Of a stretch of DNA of 11,812 nt, positions 1 through 7,489 are shown piece by piece. Both the position numbers and the translations under genes were made by a program. The stretch lies in assembly GCA_964650035.1 (NCBI GenBank), contig CAZYSH010000021.1, positions 1 to 11,812 on the forward strand. Direction: 5' to 3'. Numbering within the stretch: the first letter of the stretch is position 1; every line of letters starts with the position of its first letter. The notes under the pieces were generated by a model that made no database searches, had not been told where the DNA came from, and saw only the letters and a program-made list of their open reading frames with translations. The DNA is from an uncultured Candidatus Saccharibacteria bacterium (lineage in GTDB: Bacteria > Patescibacteriota > Minisyncoccia > Portnoybacterales > UBA2143).

Positions 1-2064
1 GAGGCAAAAATGACTAAGCTATCTGAAGAGATGCTGACAGATATTGATAAGGAAACAGTTGATTGGATGGATAATTATGATGGCACGCGTCAGGAGCCGG
101 TTGTTTTGCCGGCCAGGCCTCCTCAATTATTAGTCAATGGCGCTTTTGGAATTGCTGTGGGAATGACTACTAATATCCCACCTCATAATTTAGGGGAATT
201 AATTGAAGCAGTCGCCTATTTAATTGACCATCCTAAAGCCACAGTTAAGGACTTGTTCCAATTTATTAAAGGACCTGATTTTCCAACAGGCGGAGAGATT
301 TATGACAAAAAGAGCATGATTCAGGCATACAGCACCGGCCGCGGCCCGGTTGTTAATCGGGCTAAAGCGGAAATTATTGAAGAAAAAGCAAATAGATACC
401 AGATTATTATTAATGAAATGACTTATGGGACTAATAAGGCGAATTTGATTGCTAAAATCGCCGAGCTTTATAAAGCTAAGAAACTTGAAGGTATTAAGGA
501 TGTGCGCGACGAGTCGGACAAGGATGGGGTGCGGGTGGTAATTGACCTTAAAACTGATGTTAGTCCTCAAAGAGTGCTCAACCGCCTCTATAAGTTGACT
601 GATTTGCAAAAGACATTTCATATGAATATGTTGGCTTTGGTCAATGGGATTCAGCCGCAGGTCTTATCTTTGGTTAATGTTTTAGAAGAATATATCAAGC
701 ATCGTCAGGAAGTGGTTACTCGCCGAACCAAATATCTCTTAAAACAGGCAAAGGATAGAGCTCATATTTTAGAGGGTTTAAACAAAGCGCTTGACCACAT
801 TGACGCGGTTATTAAGACAATTAAAAAATCGCCTACCCGCGAGGAAGCGCATAAGAATTTAGTGAAAAAGTTTAAATTGAGCGAACTTCAAGCAACTGCT
901 ATTTTAGAGATGCGGCTTCAAACCTTGGCCGGTTTGGAACAAAAGAAAATCAAGGATGAATTAAAAGAAAAGAAGAAGTTAATTAAAGAATTAGGGGCCT
1001 TATTAAAGAGTCCTAAAAAGATTCTGGGGGTGATTAAAAAAGAGCTTAAGGAATTAAAAGAAAAATATGCTGATGAACGGAGAACTAAAGTTTATGCTCG
1101 GCCTTTAGGTAAATTGACTGAAGAGGATTTAGTGCCTAAAGAAGAATGTATTATTATTCTTACCCAAGGCGGCTATATTAAGAGAGTCAATCCGCAGTCA
1201 TACAAGGCGCAGAGAAGAGGCGGTAAAGGTATTTTAGGAATTAAGCCACGCGAAGAAGATGCGGTTGGCTGGTTTTTGCCCGCTTCAACTCATGATAGCA
1301 TTCTTTTCTTTACTGACCAGGGCAGGGTTTTCCAGATTAAGGCCTATGAATTGCCAGAGGCCAGCAGAGTAGCTCGGGGGCAGGCAATTGTTAATTTTCT
1401 TCAGTTGGGCGCCAAAGAGCAGGTTAACGTTGTTTTGAGGATGGGGAAAAATAAAGAGATGAAATATTTGGTTATGTCAACTGAAAATGGTATAATCAAA
1501 AGAACCAAAATAGAGGATTTTGTTAATGTTAGACAAAGCGGATTAATCGCTATCAAATTAAAGAAAGACGATAAGCTAAAATGGGCTAAGTTTACTTCTG
1601 GAAATGACGAGATTATATTAATAACCACTCAAGGACAAAGCATTCGCTTTAAAGAAACTGATGTTCGGTCTATGAGTCGGGCGGCGGCTGGAGTTAAAGG
1701 AATTAGTTTAAAAGGCAAAGATAAGTTGATTAGAATGGATGTGATTGGCAAAGATTCAAAAGGACAAAAGGTCTTGGTGGTCACGGAAAACGGTTTTGGC
1801 AAGAAAACTTATTTGAAGAATTATAAATTGCAGAAAAGAGGCGGTTTTGGAATTAAGACCGCCAAGTTGACCGCTAAAACAGGCAATATCGTGGCTAGTC
1901 ATGTAATTAAGTCGGAACAAGAGGACTTGATTGCCATCTCTCAAAAGGGGCAGGTGATTAGAACTGAACTTAAGAATATTGCTACTTTAGGTCGGGCAAC
2001 TCAAGGAGTTAAAGTTATGAAAGTGAATCAGGGGGATAAGGTGGCTTCAATCGCCTGTGTGTAA
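1..2064 (+). CDS. gyrA: DNA gyrase subunit A, 5'-truncated at window start (frame 1 open from nt 1; C-terminal ~685 aa including the beta-pinwheel domain)
   Basis: Translation contains the conserved GyrA segment [30 protein letters not shown] (cf. E. coli [28 protein letters not shown]). It also has [13 protein letters not shown], the GyrA-box (QRRGGKG), which distinguishes GyrA from ParC, and repeated beta-pinwheel blades in the C-terminus. The reading frame is open to nt 1, so the listed ATG at 10 is internal. Confidence 0.93.
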   Translation, partial: [687 protein letters not shown]

Positions 2065-2065
2065 C

Positions 2066-2082
2066 CCGAGGTTCAACCTCGG
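2066..2082 (+). terminator. Short palindromic hairpin (ccgaggttcaacctcgg) immediately after the gyrA stop; no U-tract. Shares a 12/13-nt core with the outer arm of palindrome P2 at 7635..7693
   Basis: Perfect 8-nt inverted repeat around a single c, starting 2 nt after the gyrA TAA (2062-2064). Followed by ataataaa rather than a T-run, so classing it as an intrinsic terminator is uncertain. Confidence 0.3.
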
Positions 2083-2100
2083 ATAATAAATGATATTAGT

Positions 2101-2649
2101 ATGGACAAAGTCGTTAATGGTTTAATTCAGCCAAGCGAGGTCTTAAGTCAATTAGAGCTGCGTGATAATATAGAAGTGGCTGATTTTGGCTGTGGTAATG
2201 GTTATTATAGCGTTCCTTTAGCTAAAATGATTCCCCAGGGCAATGTTTACGCTTTAGATGTAGTTAAAGAAACATTAGAGGCGGTTATTAGCGCGGCCAA
2301 GCTGGAGAACATTGAAAATATTGAAACGATTCATTGTAATTTAGAAATTTTGGGAGCTTCTAAATTGAAAGATGAGTCAATTGATTTAGTCCTAATGCGC
2401 AATATTTTGTTTCAGTCAGAGAAAAAAGCCGAAATGATTAAAGAAGCCAAACGTATCCTAAAACCGGCCGGCCAATTGGTTTTATTGGAATGGATTCCTA
2501 ACGCCTCAATGGCTCCTAAGGAGGGCTGGTTAATTTCTAAAGAAGAAGCGCAAAAGTTAATTGAGACGGAAGGGATGAGTTTGAATAAAGAATTAGTTAT
2601 GGATAATCAGCATTATGGATTAGTATTCAAAAAAATTTCTAAGTCCTAA
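2101..2649 (+). CDS. Class I SAM-dependent methyltransferase (Methyltransf_11/25-like small MTase)
   Basis: Motif I VADFGCGNGYYS, acidic post-I residue in ALDVV, motif II IDLVLM, motif III LKPAGQLVLLEW. 182 aa. Starts 36 nt after gyrA, so probably co-transcribed. Confidence 0.85.
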   Translation: MDKVVNGLIQPSEVLSQLELRDNIEVADFGCGNGYYSVPLAKMIPQGNVYALDVVKETLEAVISAAKLENIENIETIHCNLEILGASKLKDESIDLVLMRNILFQSEKKAEMIKEAKRILKPAGQLVLLEWIPNASMAPKEGWLISKEEAQKLIETEGMSLNKELVMDNQHYGLVFKKISKS

Positions 2650-2718
2650 TTTCTAATTTCTAATAAAATGACTAATAACTAAATTTCTAATTGTTTTAGA
2701 TATTTGACATTAGATATT
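2647..2718. repeat. AT-rich short direct repeats in the MTase/SBP intergenic region (tttctaat x3; tagatatt x2 flanking a TTGACA-like hexamer)
   Basis: taatttctaatttctaat at 2647-2664 and aaatttctaatt at 2681-2692. tagatatt at 2697-2704 and 2711-2718 flank ttgaca (2704-2709). This may be the promoter/operator region for the SBP gene. Confidence 0.4.
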
Positions 2719-2734
2719 AGGAATTCTGAATTTT

Positions 2735-4027
2735 GTGTCTAAAAAGAAAATCGCCACCATTTATACCTTTATTGCCCCAATAATCATTTTTGGGTTGGCC
2801 GCTTCTTTTCCCGGTTGTAAACCAGATCCGTTTAAAGAGGTGGAGTTAGAATTTTGGGGTGTTTTTGACGATTCTGACATTTATCAGCCGTTGATTACCG
2901 CTTTTAATGAAGAGTATAAGCATATTAAAATTAACTATTACAAGAAGAACCATCAGACCTATGAGAAAGATTTATTAGAGGCAATGGCTACCGGACGCGG
3001 GCCGGATATTTTTATGCTCCATCATACTTGGGCGCCCCGCTATGAGGATAAATTAGTGGCCGCTCCTTCTGATTTAATCACTCTTAGAGAAATTCAGGAG
3101 GATTTTGTTGATGTGGTTTATGATGATTTTGTTACTGAAGGATATATTCTTGCTTTGCCTTTAAGCGTTGACACTCTTGCTCTTTATTATAACAAAGATA
3201 TTTTTAATACGGTTGGTATTGCTCAACCGCCGCAGACCTGGGAAGAATTTTTAGCTGATGTAAAAAAAACAACTCTTAAAGACGAGAGAAATAATATTAT
3301 TAGGGCGGCGGCCGCTTTAGGCACGGCCCGCAATGTCAATCGTTCAACTGACATCTTATCTCTTTTAATGCTTCAATCAGGCGCTCAAATGGTTGACAGC
3401 GATAAAACTGAGGCGACTTTTGACCAGGCGGTCAGTTTGGAAGGAGAGAATTTTTATCCCGGCCAGCGAGCCCTGGAGTTTTATACCAATTTTGCCAATC
3501 CTTTGAAAACGGTCTATACCTGGAATAACCGAATGCATTATTCAATTGACGCTTTTTATGAGGGTAAGCTGGTTATGATGTTTAATTATTCTTATCATTT
3601 ACCGACTATTAAGGCCAGGTCGCCTTATTTGAATTTCGGGATTGCCTCAATGCCTCAAGTCAAAACAGCAACTAAAGATGTTAATTACGCTAATTATTGG
3701 GGTTTGGCTGTGTCTCATAATTCAGAAGCGGCTAAAGAGGCCTGGCAATTTATTGTTTGGCTGACTGACAAGGAAAACGCCGAAGCATATTTAGAGGCGG
3801 CCGAGAAACCAATCGCCCGCCGGGATTTAGTCAATTGGCAAAAAAACGACCCGGATTTAGGCGTTTTTGCTCAACAGGCCTTAACCGCCCATTCTTGGTA
3901 CCAAGTGGATAACTTAACTATTGAGCAATACTTGGCTGATATGATAGAATCAGTAGTATTAGGCGAAGCAACTATTGAAGAGGCAATTAAAAAAGCGGTT
4001 AATCAAGTAACTTTGTTAATGAAATAG
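2735..4027 (+). CDS. Extracellular solute-binding protein, family 1 (sugar/MalE-like ABC transporter substrate-binding protein), with an N-terminal signal/anchor. No cognate permease or ATPase lies adjacent (orphan SBP)
   Basis: GTG start at 2735. N-terminal hydrophobic segment IATIYTFIAPIIIFGLAASFPGC (cysteine after the signal, but a non-canonical lipobox). SBP_bac_1-like motifs ELEFWGV...DIFMLHHTWAPRY and LALPLSVDTLALYYNKDIFNTVGIAQPPQTWEEFLADVKK. Confidence 0.85.
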   Translation: MSKKKIATIYTFIAPIIIFGLAASFPGCKPDPFKEVELEFWGVFDDSDIYQPLITAFNEEYKHIKINYYKKNHQTYEKDLLEAMATGRGPDIFMLHHTWAPRYEDKLVAAPSDLITLREIQEDFVDVVYDDFVTEGYILALPLSVDTLALYYNKDIFNTVGIAQPPQTWEEFLADVKKTTLKDERNNIIRAAAALGTARNVNRSTDILSLLMLQSGAQMVDSDKTEATFDQAVSLEGENFYPGQRALEFYTNFANPLKTVYTWNNRMHYSIDAFYEGKLVMMFNYSYHLPTIKARSPYLNFGIASMPQVKTATKDVNYANYWGLAVSHNSEAAKEAWQFIVWLTDKENAEAYLEAAEKPIARRDLVNWQKNDPDLGVFAQQALTAHSWYQVDNLTIEQYLADMIESVVLGEATIEEAIKKAVNQVTLLMK

Positions 4028-4041
4028 AGATTAAGGATTTC

Positions 4042-4107
4042 ATCAAGGACGTTCCTTAAAATGACGTCCTTGTACACAAGGACGTCATTTTAAGGAACGT
4101 CCTTGAT
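4042..4107. repeat. Palindrome P1: perfect 32-bp inverted repeat with a 2-nt spacer (atcaaggacgttccttaaaatgacgtccttgt-ac-acaaggacgtcattttaaggaacgtccttgat). The core looks like a bidirectional intrinsic terminator (AAAA - 12-bp stem - TTTT) nested inside extended perfect outer arms
   Basis: The reverse complement of 4042-4073 equals 4076-4107 exactly. The outer-arm segment aaggacgttcctt is itself near-self-complementary, and the GACGTC palindromes sit inside the central stem, not in that segment. It fills the whole SBP/pilin-1 intergenic gap and ends 5 nt before the pilin-1 ATG at 4113. Confidence 0.85.
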
Positions 4108-4112
4108 ATATC

Positions 4113-4541
4113 ATGAAAATCTTTCAAAAAACTTTATTTTTCACTTTATTTTTAAGCGGATTAGTCAGAGCTAATCTGGCTTTAGCCGCTTTAGTGCCTT
4201 GCGGCGGTCCTACTCAATCACCATGTACGCTTTGCCATCTTTGGCAATTGGGCAGCAATATCATTAATTTTCTTACTTTTAGTTTAGCTATTCCCGCGGC
4301 CGCGCTTTTGTTCGTGGCGGCTGGTGTTATTTTTCTCGTTTCCGGCGGCAATGAATATAAATTGACTAAAGCAAAGACCATTTTTACTAACACAGTTATT
4401 GGTCTGTTAATAGTATTTTGTTCTTGGCTATTAATTGATACTTTAATAAAAACAATAGCAACCACAAGTACAGAAACAGGGGTAATTATATGGTCTTGGA
4501 ATGATTTTCCCATAGATTGTGCGGTTGGCTCCGAAGATTAA
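4113..4541 (+). CDS. VirB2/TrbC-like (CPR-type 'T4SS pilin'-like) small secreted two-helix membrane protein, paralog 1. It has a Cys-rich mature N-terminus and an extended C-terminal tail
   Basis: Signal peptide MKIFQKTLFFTLFLSGLVRANLALA. Cys-rich LVPCGGPTQSPCTLCHLW. Two hydrophobic helices separated by a charged loop (...AALLFVAAGVIFLVSGGNEYKLTKAKTIFTNTVIGLLIVF...). This loop/helix core is shared with the two downstream paralogs. Confidence 0.75.
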   Translation: MKIFQKTLFFTLFLSGLVRANLALAALVPCGGPTQSPCTLCHLWQLGSNIINFLTFSLAIPAAALLFVAAGVIFLVSGGNEYKLTKAKTIFTNTVIGLLIVFCSWLLIDTLIKTIATTSTETGVIIWSWNDFPIDCAVGSED

Positions 4542-4545
4542 AATA

Positions 4546-4899
4546 ATGTTTAAAAATAATTCTAAAAAAATTTCTATATTGTTTGTTTTGTGTTTTTTAT
4601 TATTTGGTTTATTTACAATAGAAGTTGAAGCAGATATTGTTTCAGATTCAATAGAAAATCCACTTGAGGCAGATAATTTTACTGAATTGATTGCAAATAT
4701 TATTGGATGGATTTCCAATATTGGTAAAGCTGTAGCAGTAATTATGATTATCTATGCCGGATTATTGTTTATGATCTCTGGAGGCAATGAAGAAAAGATT
4801 ACTAAGGCTAAGAAAACCTTAATTTGGTCTTTAATTGGTTTAGGCGTCTTGATAATAGGCGATGGATTTGTTAATATAGTAAAAAACCTTTTGGGGTGA
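4546..4899 (+). CDS. VirB2/TrbC-like small secreted two-helix protein, paralog 2
   Basis: Signal peptide MFKNNSKKISILFVLCFLLFGLFTIEVEA, then GKAVAVIMIIYAGLLFMISGGNEEKITKAKKTLIWSLIGLGVLI. The start was chosen at the ATG at 4546, 4 nt after the paralog-1 stop, because the signal peptide begins there. An upstream ATG at 4519 that overlaps paralog 1 is an alternative. Confidence 0.7.
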   Translation: MFKNNSKKISILFVLCFLLFGLFTIEVEADIVSDSIENPLEADNFTELIANIIGWISNIGKAVAVIMIIYAGLLFMISGGNEEKITKAKKTLIWSLIGLGVLIIGDGFVNIVKNLLG

Positions 4900-4943
4900 C
4901 TACTTAATAAATAAAACTATTCAATGAAAGGGGGTGAGAATTA

Positions 4944-5300
4944 GTGAGAAGTAAAAAAACAAAATTATTTTCTGTTGTTTTGGGTTCGCTTTTTGTGTTT
5001 TCGTTTTTAGCTGTGTCAGTGGCCTTTGCCGCTGTGCCAACTCAAGTAACCTCGGGTCTTGATGACCCAAGTGAAATAGTAACTCTAATTTCAGATATTG
5101 GTAAGTATTTTCAGGCTATTGTTTTGGCGATAGGTGTTCTTATGATTATTTACTCTGGTTTTTTGTGGATGACAACTGGAGGAGAAGAAGAAAAGTTAGG
5201 CAGCGCCAGAAAGATTTTGATTTATGGATTAGTTGGTATTGCCATAGCTGTTTTTGCTTATGCGGCTCAAACATTCCTGTTGGCTTTATTGCCAAAATAG
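4944..5300 (+). CDS. VirB2/TrbC-like small secreted two-helix protein, paralog 3
   Basis: GTG start preceded by a strong SD (aaagggggtgagaattaGTG). Signal peptide MRSKKTKLFSVVLGSLFVFSFLAVSVAFA. Core IGKYFQAIVLAIGVLMIIYSGFLWMTTGGEEEKLGSARKILIYGLVGIAIAVF is homologous to paralog 2. Confidence 0.78.
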   Translation: MRSKKTKLFSVVLGSLFVFSFLAVSVAFAAVPTQVTSGLDDPSEIVTLISDIGKYFQAIVLAIGVLMIIYSGFLWMTTGGEEEKLGSARKILIYGLVGIAIAVFAYAAQTFLLALLPK

Positions 5301-5325
5301 GAGTATTGTTGATTAAAATAAAAAA

Positions 5326-5364
5326 GCCAGAGAAGCGGTCTATTTTTTGCTTCGCTGGCTTTTT
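5326..5364. terminator. Bidirectional rho-independent terminator between the convergent pilin-3 (+) and membrane-protein (-) genes
   Basis: Stem gccagagaagc / gcttcgctggc (1 mismatch) with an A-run upstream (aaaaa) and a T-run downstream (ttttt), so it is usable on both strands. Confidence 0.55.
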
Positions 5365-5383
5365 GGTTGATTGATATATTAGT

Positions 5384-6343
5384 TCAAGTGCGTCGTGGTT
5401 TTATTTGCACCTGAACTAATATTTCTTTTCCTCCTTTTTGTTTCGGTACCATTAGCTCTATTTTTTTGTCTGATACAGCTCGGCCGCTGAATCTCGGCCG
5501 GGTTATGGTTTTTGAGTGCCTATTGCGGTTTACAATGATGAATTTCCCGACGGAACCAAGTTGTTGGAAAGAGATTCCATCGCCTGCTTTATAGTATAGT
5601 TCTCGGCCTTCGGTATCCCGGCTGACAGTCTTTCCATTAGCCGGCAGTCGGAATATTCCAGAAAGGATTCGGGATTTAGTGAGGCGGATATCTTTATCTG
5701 GCTTTTTTTTGGGCTTCGGTTCTTTTTTAGGTAGCAGTTCTTTAATCTCTCTTTTTTTTTGTTCTAAAGAGATATATATCGGCAACCCATTCTTCTCAGT
5801 ATTGCTTTTGATCTCTTTTAGGTCTTTGACTAGAGGCTTCATTTTATAATCCTTGTCCGCCCGTTTGGTCTCTTCAACAAGAGAAAGAAGAACATTGCGG
5901 GTTAATCCATAGTAAATCTCGTTAATCTTGGCAGCACCGTTTTCTGTAAATTGAGCTATAAGTATAACTAGGACTAGACCAGTTAAGCCATAACCAGTCA
6001 TCCGAACTATAAAAACGAAGAAATTAGTTCTACCTAAGCAGGCCAGAAGAATACACAGGAACATTATTTGGAAAACCCAGAACGATTTAGTATGAGCTAT
6101 GACCTCTAGGGTAGCCGGGCTATGAAAGTCCCATAGAAAATGGAAAATAAACCAGGCAATAATTGCTCCGGAGAGCCAGTAGAGATCTTTGCCTTTTTTG
6201 AATTTTATCCCGATGGCAATGGTGATTGCCGCCAGGCCGATTAGGGTTAACAAAACCATGGTCTTGGTAAAGACCACATATGACGCTATAAGAATGAGCG
6301 CCGTAGCGATAGCCGCGATTATTATTTTTCTCCTATTGCTCAT
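5384..6343 (-). CDS. Polytopic membrane protein (about 5-6 N-terminal TM helices, a Lys/Pro-rich linker and a C-terminal soluble domain). Translationally coupled to the upstream SPFH gene; possibly an NfeD-like partner
   Basis: Its ATG (6343-6341) lies 8 nt upstream of the SPFH stop, an 11-nt overlap, and is preceded by a strong SD (GGAAAAGGAGGGAAGAATG). Hydrophobic N-terminal half, then KKEPKPKKKPDKD linker, then a beta-rich C-terminal region. The NfeD assignment comes only from gene context (cf. qmcA-ybbJ) and architecture, not from recognised motifs. Confidence 0.75.
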   Translation of the reverse strand: MSNRRKIIIAAIATALILIASYVVFTKTMVLLTLIGLAAITIAIGIKFKKGKDLYWLSGAIIAWFIFHFLWDFHSPATLEVIAHTKSFWVFQIMFLCILLACLGRTNFFVFIVRMTGYGLTGLVLVILIAQFTENGAAKINEIYYGLTRNVLLSLVEETKRADKDYKMKPLVKDLKEIKSNTEKNGLPIYISLEQKKREIKELLPKKEPKPKKKPDKDIRLTKSRILSGIFRLPANGKTVSRDTEGRELYYKAGDGISFQQLGSVGKFIIVNRNRHSKTITRPRFSGRAVSDKKIELMVPKQKGGKEILVQVQIKPRRT

Positions 6344-7358
6344 TCTTCCCTCCTTTTCCTTCGGTTTTGCCGGGTTCTGTTTCCCTTGCTGTTTTAAGGA
6401 TGTTGGCCACAGTGCCGATTCCGCTTTCTAATCCTTCTCGGATAATATCGGCTACAGCCAATTTTGTGCCGTCAGCTTGAGTGGCTTCTTTAATGATTTT
6501 TAATTCCGAACCACGTGTTTTTGCCGCTTCTTGGCGCATTTGGGCCACGGTCTTGTACTCGGATGCTGCCCTAACTTCTTCCGGCGGCAGAAATTTCTGG
6601 ATTTCAATAGCGTCTGTCCAGATTCCCAGGCGAAGGTTATTCATAGCTTGATTGAACAAACGAGCGGCATTTTTTTCCATTTTTCCCAGTTCACCTTCTT
6701 CGATTTCAATCAGGTCAGCCATGGTTTTTTTGGCGCAGAGCTGATTAAGAATGACAGAAGCCTGGTCGTCTTCAAAGTTATTTCTTGTCTTGTCGTCATT
6801 ATCAACTCTGATGGCATAATTAATTGCTGCGTTTGGGTCAGGAATTGAAGTGATAATCCTGGCGTCAACAATTAGATTCTGCCCGTCACTGGAACTAACC
6901 GTGATCGGCTCCAGGTTTCTGGCCTTAGGCGACATATCTACCAAGCCAACTACAATGTGCCAAGCTTTTTTTAGAATGAACCGCCATCCCTCCTTTTTAG
7001 CTGTGTATCCATCATTGGTGTCTGGATTGGAACTCCACGCGTTCCTTAAGACAAGAATGTGGTTGTCTGGTGCATTAAGCCAGAAATTGGCAAAAACTTC
7101 TTCTGCGCTTTTTTCTTTTTTAATATCTTTTTTATCCTTTTTGACAAAAGTGATTCCGGTAGCGATTGCCCCGAAGACACATAGAAAAATAAGGATAACA
7201 GGTAGAAGAATTGCCAAATGTTTAACTGAACCTGGAAGGGTAATCAGTAGAGCGGTAATTACTGTTACTATTCCAGCAAGCGCGATAAGCAAGTCAATTG
7301 TGTTTTCATCTAAACCTCTTGGTGAGATAGTTGTCCCTATAAGATTTATTCTCATCAT
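6333..7358 (-). CDS. SPFH/band-7 domain protein (stomatin/prohibitin/HflKC family) with an N-terminal membrane anchor
   Basis: Two N-terminal TM helices. SPFH core motifs ITVSSSDGQNLIVDARIITSIPDPNAAINYA and GIWTDAIEIQKFLPPEEVRAASEYKTVAQMRQEAAK (cf. E. coli QmcA [28 protein letters not shown] / GIKVTRIEIRDVRPPAEL). SD aaaggagagaaaaATG. Confidence 0.88.
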   Translation of the reverse strand: MMRINLIGTTISPRGLDENTIDLLIALAGIVTVITALLITLPGSVKHLAILLPVILIFLCVFGAIATGITFVKKDKKDIKKEKSAEEVFANFWLNAPDNHILVLRNAWSSNPDTNDGYTAKKEGWRFILKKAWHIVVGLVDMSPKARNLEPITVSSSDGQNLIVDARIITSIPDPNAAINYAIRVDNDDKTRNNFEDDQASVILNQLCAKKTMADLIEIEEGELGKMEKNAARLFNQAMNNLRLGIWTDAIEIQKFLPPEEVRAASEYKTVAQMRQEAAKTRGSELKIIKEATQADGTKLAVADIIREGLESGIGTVANILKTARETEPGKTEGKGGKNEQ

Positions 7359-7457
7359 TTTTCTCTCCTTTCTTTCTTTTCAGAAATTTCTGTTTTTTTG
7401 TATTTTTTAAATTTTCAAAGGACTAGAATAGTCCCTCCTTTACTTTTCTTGTGTCAT

Positions 7458-7486
7458 ATTATATAATATGTAAGAGTAATTGTCAA
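7458..7486 (-). promoter_or_regulatory. Consensus sigma70 promoter for the SPFH/membrane-protein operon (minus strand: TTGACA-17nt-TATAAT)
   Basis: The reverse complement reads ctaTTGACAattactcttacatattaTATAATatg. The -35 is at 7481-7486 and the -10 at 7458-7463, about 95 nt upstream of the SPFH ATG. Confidence 0.6.
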
Positions 7487-7489
7487 TAG

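Noticed and set aside
220-621. Minus-strand ORFs inside gyrA (220..621, 1401..1628, 1756..1944)
   Set aside because: They lie entirely antisense to a confidently identified gyrA with conserved motifs. They have no RBS and are low-complexity, so they are typical shadow ORFs.
2735-2830. Canonical lipoprotein lipobox in the solute-binding protein
   Set aside because: The residues before the Cys are F-P-G, not the L-(A/S)-(G/A)-C consensus. It was therefore annotated only as signal/anchor with a possible lipid-modified Cys.
4214-4718. Minus-strand ORFs (4214..4513, 4443..4718) antisense to the pilin paralogs
   Set aside because: They overlap the plus-strand paralogs, whose homologous cores, signal peptides and (for one) a strong RBS support the plus strand as coding.
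5165-5374. Plus-strand 69-aa ORF overlapping the pilin-3 3' end and the terminator
   Set aside because: It is an out-of-frame overlap with pilin 3, Arg-rich and low-complexity, and it runs through the terminator hairpin.
6189-7410. Plus-strand ORFs (6189..6431, 6531..6848, 6850..7410) antisense to the SPFH/membrane operon
   Set aside because: The SPFH protein on the minus strand has clear family motifs, an RBS and a consensus promoter. The antisense ORFs have no such support.
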